This document shows positions 42,722-51,963 of a stretch of 64,000 nt of DNA, piece by piece (the stretch's first letter is position 1; every line of letters starts with the position of its first letter). The notes beneath the pieces were generated by a model, which was not told the origin of the DNA, did no database searches, and worked only from the letters and a program-made list of their open reading frames with translations. Source of the DNA: an uncultured bacterium. Lineage in GTDB: Bacteria; Babelota; Babeliae; Babelales; Babelaceae. The position numbers were made by a program, and so were the translations under genes. Location of the stretch: assembly GCA_963824495.1 (NCBI GenBank), contig CAWGPQ010000011.1:32001-96000 (forward strand), in the 5' to 3' direction.

Positions 42722-43639
42722 TCAAATAAGCTTGTCATTTTTATAAGAATGCCAAGTGATTGTATCGGGGTCAGCACCATGACTCATAAGAATCTGTGCT
42801 GTTTTTTTATTATTATGCAAAACTGCATTACTAAGAGGCGTATTGCCTTTATTATCTTTAAGATTAACATCAGCATTATGACATCTTATAAGTAATTCTA
42901 CTAGTTGATGCTTGCCGTTTAAAGCAGCAAGATGAAGCGGGGCCCTACCTTGTTTGTCAGGAAGATTGACGTTAAAACTATGGTCTATTATAAGTCTTAA
43001 CACACGACCTATTTCGCCTTTGGCTGCTGCTTTATGAAGAGCAGTGGTACCGCTTCTATTGAGCCCATTGATTGCAATTCCATGATAGGATTTATGCGTG
43101 CTTACTGATGTATTATGTGCTAGATTTATATTTTCAGGAAGGGGTAACTTGTGTTTCTCATATGCACTGGTAACGCCTCCTCCGTTTTCTATGAGAAAAT
43201 TAGCAATGATGCTATTATTGCTATATAGAGCAGTCATGAGGGGCGTATTGCCTTTTTTATCCTGACTATTAACATTAGCACCATAGTGCATAAGTAGCTT
43301 GATAATTTCAATTTGGTCACTAAGGGCAGCAATATGTAGGGGGCTCTTGCCACCTGCATTAGGAAGATTAACATCAAACTTATATTTTTCTATAAGGTCT
43401 TTTACACGATTTATTTCGCCTTTGGCTGCTGCTTTATGAAGAGCAGTTGTACCGTTGCTATTGAGAGCATTAACTTTAAAATTCCCATAACAAACTCTTT
43501 TCACTATAGGGTCTGTTGATGCTTCGGATTCAGGTTTACGCTTTTTGGTGGGCTGCTCCTCCATGCTTACAATTTTTTGACACGTAAAAGCTAGCACAAT
43601 ACTACTAAAAATAAAAAACCTGCAGTTTAAGTTTTGCAT
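42722..43639 (-). CDS. Secreted ankyrin protein (different family) with internal duplication and NLS-like motif
   Basis: Signal peptide followed by SMEEQPTKKRKP; two copies of N.LN..GTTALHKAAAKGEI.RV..LI; start probably ATG 43639 (ORF track 43666). Confidence 0.85.
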   Translation of the reverse strand: MQNLNCRFFIFSSIVLAFTCQKIVSMEEQPTKKRKPESEASTDPIVKRVCYGNFKVNALNSNGTTALHKAAAKGEINRVKDLIEKYKFDVNLPNAGGKSPLHIAALSDQIEIIKLLMHYGANVNSQDKKGNTPLMTALYSNNSIIANFLIENGGGVTSAYEKHKLPLPENINLAHNTSVSTHKSYHGIAINGLNRSGTTALHKAAAKGEIGRVLRLIIDHSFNVNLPDKQGRAPLHLAALNGKHQLVELLIRCHNADVNLKDNKGNTPLSNAVLHNNKKTAQILMSHGADPDTITWHSYKNDKLI

Positions 43640-43870
43640 GGGTGATTCTTTCTTATAATGGTGCATGTTAAGCTACTAACGTACATTAATATACCATTTA
43701 ACCATAAAACAGTATTTTATTAAAGCAAGAAAAACCGGATACCCAACAAGCAAATCAATTTTAAATTGCTAAAATAAAAAATTATCGAAAAAATTAGGAT
43801 TAGTATGCTATGCTTAGTACAGAGATGGGTAGTAGCAAGAAAACTGAGCGCGAGAAAGGCACTCTCCACT

Positions 43871-45316
43871 ATGAAAAAAATTATCTTTATTGGTACTGCT
43901 ACAAGCATTATTATTGCCAGCATTATGTTCTCAGCTGGCTGCCAGCAACTTTGGCGGAACTGGTCAGGCTGTCAACGATGTAGCCCCTTATATATCTTTC
44001 AGCCAAACAATCTTCAAGAACTTCGTGAAATTATATTACGAGCTACTTCAAGCAATCGCAAGATTCGTGCTTACGGCTCTTCGTACTCATGGAGTCCTAT
44101 AGTCTGCACTGACTACCTCATTAATACTGACAAGCTTAATCGCATACTGCGTGTCGATACCGCTACAAACTGCGTACGAGTAGAAGCCGGCATTAAGCTA
44201 TACGAGCTTAATCACGAACTTGCCAAGATTGGGCTTGCTTTGCCAAATCAATCGTTTACACAAGCACAAAGTTTGGCTGGTGCACTCGCGACTGCAACCC
44301 ACGGAACAGGCCACACGGGTACACTTTCTGATTTTGCAATACAGATAGAGCTTGTAACTGCTGATGGTCGAGTTCACCTATTAACTCCACAAACTGCACC
44401 CGAAGAATTTGCCGCTGCGCGTGTCAATATTGGCGCACTAGGCATTATCTATGCGATAACTCTTCAGTGCACACCCCTATTTAAGGTGAGTCATGCACGA
44501 ACAGTTCTTGATTGGAATACGTTACGCAAAAGTTACCTAAGATTATATAATGACCACGACTACTTTATGTTTTATTGGAATCCTTATACCAATAAAGTCA
44601 TTACCTATACCTGGGACAAAGTTCCTGAAGCAACTCCGTCAACCACTTCATTTTTTCATCTCATACAAGAGAAGGTGCTTTTGGGGCCATGGATAAACAG
44701 TCTATGTGCACGTTTAGTTGATTGGTTTCCGCATGTAACACCTTATCTTGGTGATATTTTTTATAAAGCAACCACGGTTTCTCATCAAATAGCCTACCCT
44801 CACGATAGCATGTGCTCTTCGGGTAAAGCGCCGTATGAGCTTTTTTATGGAAAAGAAGCAACAAATATCCCTATCGAGTCAGCAGAAATTGCTATTCCCA
44901 TCGAAAAGCTTGTTGATGCCGCTGGTGATATTCACAGACTTGTTAAAAAATATTTGAAGCTGGGTCATTATATTTTTATGTGTGGTATCTTGTTTAGGTT
45001 TGTTAATGCTGAAGAGAACACGTACTTAAGCCCTGCCGCAGGTCAGAATGTAGTATTTGTCAATATCACAAGCAGCCGCATGCCCGAAGATTTTTATCGT
45101 GAATTTGAAGAGCTCATGCTCAACTATAATGGACGTCCTCATTGGGGCAAGATTAACTTTTTAGATTATGAACGTACTCATAAACTTTATGGAGAAAAGC
45201 TTGATGAGTTTAACCGAGTTCGAATGCAGCTTGATCCTCATGGCACTTTCTCTAACCCTTATGTTCAAAAAGTCTGTACACCGGGACACTTTATGCCAAC
45301 TACAGTTTTTTCATAG
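43871..45316 (+). CDS. FAD-linked aldonolactone oxidase (GULO/ALO family)
   Basis: FAD-binding-4 pattern (VRVEAGIKL, SLAGALATATHGTG, GALGII) and C-terminal GRPHWGK; probable start MKKIIF at 43871. Confidence 0.85.
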   Translation: MKKIIFIGTATSIIIASIMFSAGCQQLWRNWSGCQRCSPLYIFQPNNLQELREIILRATSSNRKIRAYGSSYSWSPIVCTDYLINTDKLNRILRVDTATNCVRVEAGIKLYELNHELAKIGLALPNQSFTQAQSLAGALATATHGTGHTGTLSDFAIQIELVTADGRVHLLTPQTAPEEFAAARVNIGALGIIYAITLQCTPLFKVSHARTVLDWNTLRKSYLRLYNDHDYFMFYWNPYTNKVITYTWDKVPEATPSTTSFFHLIQEKVLLGPWINSLCARLVDWFPHVTPYLGDIFYKATTVSHQIAYPHDSMCSSGKAPYELFYGKEATNIPIESAEIAIPIEKLVDAAGDIHRLVKKYLKLGHYIFMCGILFRFVNAEENTYLSPAAGQNVVFVNITSSRMPEDFYREFEELMLNYNGRPHWGKINFLDYERTHKLYGEKLDEFNRVRMQLDPHGTFSNPYVQKVCTPGHFMPTTVFS

Positions 45317-46793
45317 GTGATGTGACAAAAAAAAGCCCGAGCGTTTTTTCAGCAAAGTCCTGATATGACCATTCTGTTATAAATTCAATTACGCTATAGT
45401 TATACATCTCTCTCAGTTTTTCTATAATATCTTTTTTACGATACAGCACTGCGCCAAGAGAATTGGGATAGCTCCATACGTTACTACCAGCAGTAAGATG
45501 CCATGCTCGTAGATTTTCAGATAACCGTATACAGGTTGTCCTTGGATCTTCTTGAAGTGTCAAATAGAAACCATACGCATATGTTCTTTCTAACTCTCTG
45601 ATGCAATAGGTAAGATTACATTCTCGAGCAGCTCCGACTGTTGGAACAGCTAAGACTATATGCTCTTCCCGTACCTGCTGAATAAGCTCACTCAAGAATA
45701 ACGGAAAATTATCTCTCATGGCAGGGCTATAGCGAATAAGCGTTGTGCGAGGAAATGCTTGAACAAGCTTTCTATAGACATCAGTTTTTTTACTCGAAGG
45801 TCCGTAAATAACTATAATCTTGCCGATACCTTGAACACGAGCACGGAGTGATGCAAGACAGGGCTTCAGTAATGGCACCGTTCTATCGGAAACGAAAAGC
45901 ATATAACAGACTTTACTATGCATATAGTTCTTAATAAGCTCTTGCTTGTGGGACATCAAGCGAGCATACTGTGGCCATGAGTAAATGGTAAGTCCAAGTT
46001 CCCATTGCCGGGTAGCGCTTAATCGATGTTGACTGATAGGATTAGCTTGGTTCCATATGTATACAGGTGGTTTTGGTGGTATTTCATAGACATGATCGGC
46101 TCCCGCCATTTCTAGCATAGGAAGCATAAGGGCGGTATCGGGACTTGGGGCAACAGGAGCAAAACTGCTTGCTATAGTAAGATCTTCAAGTTTAACCTTT
46201 TTAAAAAGCCATGCACGAAATGTACGTAAGTGAGAATATAAAAACGGAGCTTGTCTCACGTTATTTTCATTAATCCTAAGCGATGCAAGCCTGCTCAAAG
46301 ATAGGTTTAGAAAGTTTCCCCCACTTGGCCACCACTCAGCCCCACCATAGGTTATCCACACATTACCGTTACGCATGTAAATATCATTAACTAATGTAAG
46401 CACGCCAGGATGAGCAAGCCAATCATCACCATCAAGGTGAACAATAATCTCATGGTCGTCACACATATGAGCTGCCAGGTAATGATTAGCCATACCACCA
46501 ACCCACTCTTTATTACGTATAAGTACTGTGCGATGCTCTTGTTTTTTTTCTTTGATATAGAGCTCTACGTGCTCGCCTGTACCATCTGATGATGCGTCAT
46601 CAACATAGATGACTCGATAATTATGATAATTTTGAGAAAACACTGAATCTAAGTTGCGTCGATACCAATCATTATTATTATATGACGTTATAATAACAAC
46701 AAGAGGAAGTTCGCCTTTTTGAGCTTGAGGAACTCTACCGTATATCGATAGTCCAAACAACAAGAAACTTGCCCACATAAAGTACATGCTCAT
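45300..46793 (-). CDS. GT2-family glycosyltransferase with signal/anchor
   Basis: ITSYNN, SQNY.NYRVIYVDDASSDGT, LDGDDW. Confidence 0.88.
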   Translation of the reverse strand: MSMYFMWASFLLFGLSIYGRVPQAQKGELPLVVIITSYNNNDWYRRNLDSVFSQNYHNYRVIYVDDASSDGTGEHVELYIKEKKQEHRTVLIRNKEWVGGMANHYLAAHMCDDHEIIVHLDGDDWLAHPGVLTLVNDIYMRNGNVWITYGGAEWWPSGGNFLNLSLSRLASLRINENNVRQAPFLYSHLRTFRAWLFKKVKLEDLTIASSFAPVAPSPDTALMLPMLEMAGADHVYEIPPKPPVYIWNQANPISQHRLSATRQWELGLTIYSWPQYARLMSHKQELIKNYMHSKVCYMLFVSDRTVPLLKPCLASLRARVQGIGKIIVIYGPSSKKTDVYRKLVQAFPRTTLIRYSPAMRDNFPLFLSELIQQVREEHIVLAVPTVGAARECNLTYCIRELERTYAYGFYLTLQEDPRTTCIRLSENLRAWHLTAGSNVWSYPNSLGAVLYRKKDIIEKLREMYNYSVIEFITEWSYQDFAEKTLGLFFVTSPMKKL

Positions 46794-48316
46794 GTTCTGC
46801 CCTTGATATCCTTCATGGGAGACTCTTTAAAAAAAAGCCCCAACGTTTTTTCAGTACAGCTTTGATGCGACCAAGATATCAGGAATTCGCTCAAGCTTGA
46901 ACAATGCATATATCTCAGTTTTTTTATAATGTCTTTTTTACGATACAGTACTGCACCAAGAGAATTGGGATAGCGCCATACGTTGCTACCAGCGGCAAGA
47001 TGCCATGCTCGAAGCCGGTCCGACAAGGGTGCATACACTAAAGCTGGGCTTTCATTACGTGTCAAATAAAAGCCGTACGCATACGTTCTTTCTAGCTCTT
47101 GTATACAATACGTAAGATTACATGTTTGAGCTACGCCTACCGTTGGCAATGCTAAAACAACATGCTCTTCGGGCAGATTTTTCAGGATGTCATGCAAAAA
47201 TAATGAGAAGCTTTTACCCATAGCAGGACTATGCCGCATAAGCTTAAGTCGGGGGAACTGATGAACAAGCATGCTATAGGCATCTGCTTTATGGGTATTG
47301 GAGCCATATATACCTATAATTCTACCGATACCTTGAGCGCGGGCATGAAGAGACTTCAAGCACATGGCTAGCAAAGACGCTGTTGTATCTGAAACAAAAA
47401 GAACGTAACTTACTTTGTTCCGTTCATAACTTTTAATTATCTGTTCATCGGACGACAGGCTTGGATATTTAGGCCATGAATCTATCAGATCACCTAATGT
47501 GTACTGCCCAGCACTATTAATGCGTATCTGACTCAGGGGATTAAGCATATTCCATATATAAACTGGTTGGTCTATTTGATAGCTATGACGCCATCCTGCC
47601 ATTTCTAGCATAGGCCGCATAAAAGCACCATCAGGACCTGGAGTCATGGGATAGAAGCTGCTTGTTATCATAAGATCTTCAAGCTTAAGTTTTTTAAAGA
47701 GCCATGCATAGAATGTACGAAGATGACCATAAAGAAATGGCCGACTTCTCAGGTCGTTGTTTTTGATCTTAAGCTGAGCAATTAAACCGGTGCTCTCTGG
47801 CTTGAGAAATACCTCACCGCTTGGCCAAAATACCCCTCCACCATAGGTAATCCATGTGTCCAGAGTATGCGTTGAATAAATAGTGTTAACTAATTCCAGA
47901 ACGTGCGGGTGAGCAAACCAATCATCACCATCGAGCTGGACAATAATTTCGTTGTCATCGCACCTATGGACAGCTTTATAGTGATTAGCCATCTGGCTTT
48001 CCCAGGATGTATTACGTAGTAAGACTACGCGTTCTTCCTGATGTTTTTCTTGTATATACTGCTCTACAAGCTCACCGGTACCATCGGGTGATGCGTCATC
48101 GATATAGATAACTCGATAATTATGATACTTTTGAGAAAAAACAGAGTCTAAATTACGCTGATACCAATTTTTATTATTATAGGACGTTATTACTACTACT
48201 AAGGGTTTTTCTTCAATAAAGCCATGCGTGCTTGGTAGTATCAAGCACAAGACACTGCTCAACCAACCAATATATATGTTTTTATTCATGAGTTTCAGAA
48301 CCGCTTTCTTGTGCAC
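46790..48316 (-). CDS. GT2-family glycosyltransferase; tandem paralog
   Basis: ITSYNN, YIDDASPDGT, LDGDDW; colinear with the downstream copy. Confidence 0.88.
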   Translation of the reverse strand: MHKKAVLKLMNKNIYIGWLSSVLCLILPSTHGFIEEKPLVVVITSYNNKNWYQRNLDSVFSQKYHNYRVIYIDDASPDGTGELVEQYIQEKHQEERVVLLRNTSWESQMANHYKAVHRCDDNEIIVQLDGDDWFAHPHVLELVNTIYSTHTLDTWITYGGGVFWPSGEVFLKPESTGLIAQLKIKNNDLRSRPFLYGHLRTFYAWLFKKLKLEDLMITSSFYPMTPGPDGAFMRPMLEMAGWRHSYQIDQPVYIWNMLNPLSQIRINSAGQYTLGDLIDSWPKYPSLSSDEQIIKSYERNKVSYVLFVSDTTASLLAMCLKSLHARAQGIGRIIGIYGSNTHKADAYSMLVHQFPRLKLMRHSPAMGKSFSLFLHDILKNLPEEHVVLALPTVGVAQTCNLTYCIQELERTYAYGFYLTRNESPALVYAPLSDRLRAWHLAAGSNVWRYPNSLGAVLYRKKDIIKKLRYMHCSSLSEFLISWSHQSCTEKTLGLFFKESPMKDIKGRT

Positions 48317-48562
48317 TACGTTTGGTCAATGATTATAATGGTTATAGCGTAATAATTACCCATAACCTTTCTCAACACTTGAGTTTTTAAAAATTTTATG
48401 AAGTTCGTGCCTTCGGTAAAAACCCTTACGGCCACGGCATAGTTCGTGCAATTAAGCTGCCTAATTAAAATCTTTTATTGTTTTATTTTTTAAACAAATT
48501 GTATAATATTAATAATTAAGAAACTAGGTAACGTAGAATAAGTTAAAAACAAAGGACAAACC

Positions 48563-49429
48563 ATGCTTAGACGGATCAATTTTCTAAATAAGTTTTTTAC
48601 GATTACGATTACGCTTGGCTTACTTTTCCCGTCCTATGGACAAAAATCAATCACTGCTCAGCAGGCTGCATATGCTGCGCTTGGTATGGGCGCTGCATGG
48701 CTAGCAGATCAAGCAGGTTGCCTTACAAGCAATGAAAAGCTTATAAATCAAGCAATTCAATACTATATTCCTCAACAGTTACAATGGTTAAATATAGGCA
48801 CTCTTATCAGCAATCAAAACAAATTGCTGTATGGGCATCTCTTAGAAACGTTATTTCTTGATCCAACGTACGAGGAGCGCTACAATGACTTTTATATGAG
48901 CGGCCTTAAGTCACTTGGACTCATTCAGGTACTTAAGAGTGCTTTGGACGCATGGGAAGCATCACCAAATCTTATTACATCACAAGCACAAGAAACTCCT
49001 ATTACATGCCCTTCAGGTGAAATTCTACCCGCTCGCGTATGTGGTATAAGAGGGGTTTCAGGTCCGGGTAGAGGCACTTTTGTTTCTGAAGAAGATATCG
49101 TTTGCCCTTGGTCAGACGGTACTTATGCACAGCACATTAACGAGGATTTCATTAAGCAAGCAATTTTTTCGGCACTTTCTGGTTACTTCTTAAGCCCCCT
49201 AGCTCTTGGTCTTGCAAAACAAATAACCCCGACCATGCATCCCTTAGTTTATAGAATTATTACAACGGATATTGCCTATATTATTACTACGGCTATATGG
49301 AATGCGCTTCTGTCAAACGTGCTTAAGGAACCACGAAATATCCTGTATGAAAAACTTTATGCCTTAGGTGGCAAAGTAGCCCGATCAAGTGATAGCTTAG
49401 CCGCCTGGAGAAAAGCATTACAAGCATGA
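48563..49429 (+). CDS. Secreted/membrane hypothetical protein
   Basis: AAAGGA RBS, signal peptide, hydrophobic C-terminal segments. Confidence 0.6.
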   Translation: MLRRINFLNKFFTITITLGLLFPSYGQKSITAQQAAYAALGMGAAWLADQAGCLTSNEKLINQAIQYYIPQQLQWLNIGTLISNQNKLLYGHLLETLFLDPTYEERYNDFYMSGLKSLGLIQVLKSALDAWEASPNLITSQAQETPITCPSGEILPARVCGIRGVSGPGRGTFVSEEDIVCPWSDGTYAQHINEDFIKQAIFSALSGYFLSPLALGLAKQITPTMHPLVYRIITTDIAYIITTAIWNALLSNVLKEPRNILYEKLYALGGKVARSSDSLAAWRKALQA

Positions 49430-49440
49430 AGCTTCCCTCC

Positions 49441-49737
49441 TTATGGAAGGATCTTAAGTATCCAATCAGGTGCTAAATTTCTTGTCTAGGTATCGAAAGA
49501 AACTCCGATTAAAACAACCTTTTTCTTTCTGCCCAAAAATCTTTCGTAATACTTTTTATCTTCTATTTGCCGAAGCGTCGTGGACAGGATAAAAGGTGAT
49601 TCTTGTTTCAGCAACATACATAGCCCACGGGAAAGGTGCTTGATTTTTGCACACTGTCATTTTCTATCGCGAGGTTTTACAGAACGTCGTAATTCCAATG
49701 TATGAAAATCACTTATACCTATAGGAAGCTTTTTCAT
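49441..49737 (-). pseudogene. Remnant of an AAA-ATPase/PD-(D/E)XK gene (only the termini survive)
   Basis: Minus strand starts MKKLPIGISDF and ends TLRQIEDKKYYERFLGRKKKVVLIGVSFDT*...DWILKILP*. Confidence 0.75.
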
Positions 49738-49910
49738 AATTCTTAAGGCAACCTTTCACTTTTGAACACAAGGCAACATAGATAAGTACTTAGTATATAC
49801 TAGAAAGCTTTACGCTGAAATAGAATAATTTTATTTTGCAAATAAATTATTGAGGTATTATTTTCAGCTGTGCTATCTTAATAAAGAACCATAAAAAATG
49901 AGGGGGAAAA

Positions 49911-50327
49911 ATGGCGCAAGAGAGACCAATCGATGTCGTAGACAGATTAGAAGTCATACATATACTCGATGAAGAACATTATAGAGATTGTCATATCAAA
50001 GGATCGGTCAATGTTCCCTTAAGCAGAGTTGAAGCATTTGCTCGTGCCTTGCCCAAAGAGGTAGAAGTTGTCGTATATGGCACTCACTATAGTTGCACGC
50101 TAAGCCGTGAGGCATGGTTTCTTTTTAGGCAATTGGGCTTTGAAAACGTTAAACTCTATGAAGGTGGCATACAAGATTGGTTTGACAAGGGATATCCTGT
50201 CGAGGGTCCTTGCAAAAATGTTCAATCTAAGCAGCCATCTGCTAACTCTACTCGGAGAGATACCACCATCAAAACTATAAGCGCTCAAGATTTGTTGCAT
50301 CTTATGCAAAAGAATAACCTACTATGA
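49911..50327 (+). CDS. Rhodanese-like domain protein
   Basis: HIKGSVNVP, VVVYG, LGFENVKLYEGGIQDW. Confidence 0.85.
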   Translation: MAQERPIDVVDRLEVIHILDEEHYRDCHIKGSVNVPLSRVEAFARALPKEVEVVVYGTHYSCTLSREAWFLFRQLGFENVKLYEGGIQDWFDKGYPVEGPCKNVQSKQPSANSTRRDTTIKTISAQDLLHLMQKNNLL

Positions 50328-51829
50328 AAAAATTGCCTATCGGCATACAAGATATAGTAACAATACTTCATGAAAATTATATATATGTTGACAAGACTCA
50401 GCACATATATAAGTTAATTACTGAAGGTCGCAATTATTTTCTTTCTCGTCCACGGCGTTTTGGTAAGTCACTCTTGATTTCGACGCTTAAAGAGATTTTC
50501 TCGGGCAATAAAGAGCTCTTTGCTGACCTATGGATTAGTTCAAGTGACTATAACTGGAATACCTACCCTATTATTCATATTGATTTTTCATCAATATCAC
50601 ACGAAACACCAGAAGATTTAAAAATTAACCTGTCATGGCTCCTTGAATGGAAAGCTCGACAAGCAGGAATAAGCCTTGGTGATGCGCCATCATTAGAAGC
50701 CAAGCTTTACGCATTAGTAACACAATTATCACAACAGGGCAAAGTTGTTATTCTTGTCGATGAGTACGACCATCCCCTTCTATCTCATTTACACAATTAT
50801 CAAGTAGCACATGAGCAGCAAAGTATACTAAAAGACTTTTATACTGCTATCAAAAGCCTCAGTGCTTATATTCGCTTTGTATTTTTGACCGGTATTAGTA
50901 AATTTTCAAAAACATCAGTATTTACCGGTATCAATAATCTTGAAGATATTAGCAATAGTCAAGAGTATGGAACCTTAGTTGGCTTTACTCAAGAAGAACT
51001 TTTACTGTTTTTTGACCACTATCTTGCACGTTTTGCTGATAAAGAAAAGACTACACTACCAGAACTTGTCCATAACATGCAAGCTTGGTATAACGGCTAT
51101 CGATTTGCAGCATATTCTGAGCAGGTATATAATCCTTTTTCGGTATTGCTTGCTTTAAAAAATAAGAGATTTAGTAACTATTGGTTTGAAACTGGCACAC
51201 CATCATTTCTGAAAGATCTTTTTAGGCATAATCTTATGCTTGCATCAGAACTTGATGGTAAAAAAGTTTCTGAGTTTTCTCTTGGTTCGGTTGACCTTGA
51301 GCCGCTCCCTCTTTTTGCTCTTCTCTACCAAAGTGGCTATGTAACGATCAAAGATTATAGCCCTCGGGATGGTGAGTATACTGTCGGATATCCTAATTTA
51401 GAAGTTCATGCATCATTTATTCATGCGTTGATAGATGCCTTTGCTCGTATAGATAAAGCACTTCTTGATAACTATCTTTCTCAGTTGCGGGATGCTTTAC
51501 GCAATGAAGATCTTAACCTTTTTTTAAGCATGCTCAGTAACTTTTACGGTTCTTTACCTGAAAGCGCTACTATTAATCACCCTAAAAATTACGAAGCTCT
51601 TTTTTATCTTATTCTTGAATTCATAAATCTAACGCTCTACCAACAATCTCCAGGTAAAGGCTTATTTATAACACCTCAACGACAGTATGTTTTTGAATTT
51701 AAAGCCAACGGCAATAAGCACAATCTTCAAGCACGGTGTGCTCAAGAATCAGCAAAGCCTACAACATGCGTAGCGCTCTCTTTTGCTGTTCAAAGCCATA
51801 CATTAAACTGGCACATAGAAAATACTTGA
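50324..51829 (+). CDS. AAA-ATPase-like protein (PD-(D/E)XK-9-associated family); nuclease end looks degenerate
   Basis: MKKLPIGIQD, YVDKT, RPRRFGKSL, LVDEYD, WYNGYRF, NYWFETGTP. Confidence 0.9.
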   Translation: MKKLPIGIQDIVTILHENYIYVDKTQHIYKLITEGRNYFLSRPRRFGKSLLISTLKEIFSGNKELFADLWISSSDYNWNTYPIIHIDFSSISHETPEDLKINLSWLLEWKARQAGISLGDAPSLEAKLYALVTQLSQQGKVVILVDEYDHPLLSHLHNYQVAHEQQSILKDFYTAIKSLSAYIRFVFLTGISKFSKTSVFTGINNLEDISNSQEYGTLVGFTQEELLLFFDHYLARFADKEKTTLPELVHNMQAWYNGYRFAAYSEQVYNPFSVLLALKNKRFSNYWFETGTPSFLKDLFRHNLMLASELDGKKVSEFSLGSVDLEPLPLFALLYQSGYVTIKDYSPRDGEYTVGYPNLEVHASFIHALIDAFARIDKALLDNYLSQLRDALRNEDLNLFLSMLSNFYGSLPESATINHPKNYEALFYLILEFINLTLYQQSPGKGLFITPQRQYVFEFKANGNKHNLQARCAQESAKPTTCVALSFAVQSHTLNWHIENT

Positions 51830-51963
51830 AAATTTTATCATAGGCTTATTTTAATAGTAAAACAAGTTTTGTTAACATTCTTGCACAAAACTTGTTTATT
51901 TTTATAAATCAATTATAATTATTAGTATAGTTTTTATTTATAAATTCAAAGAAAGATAATAGC

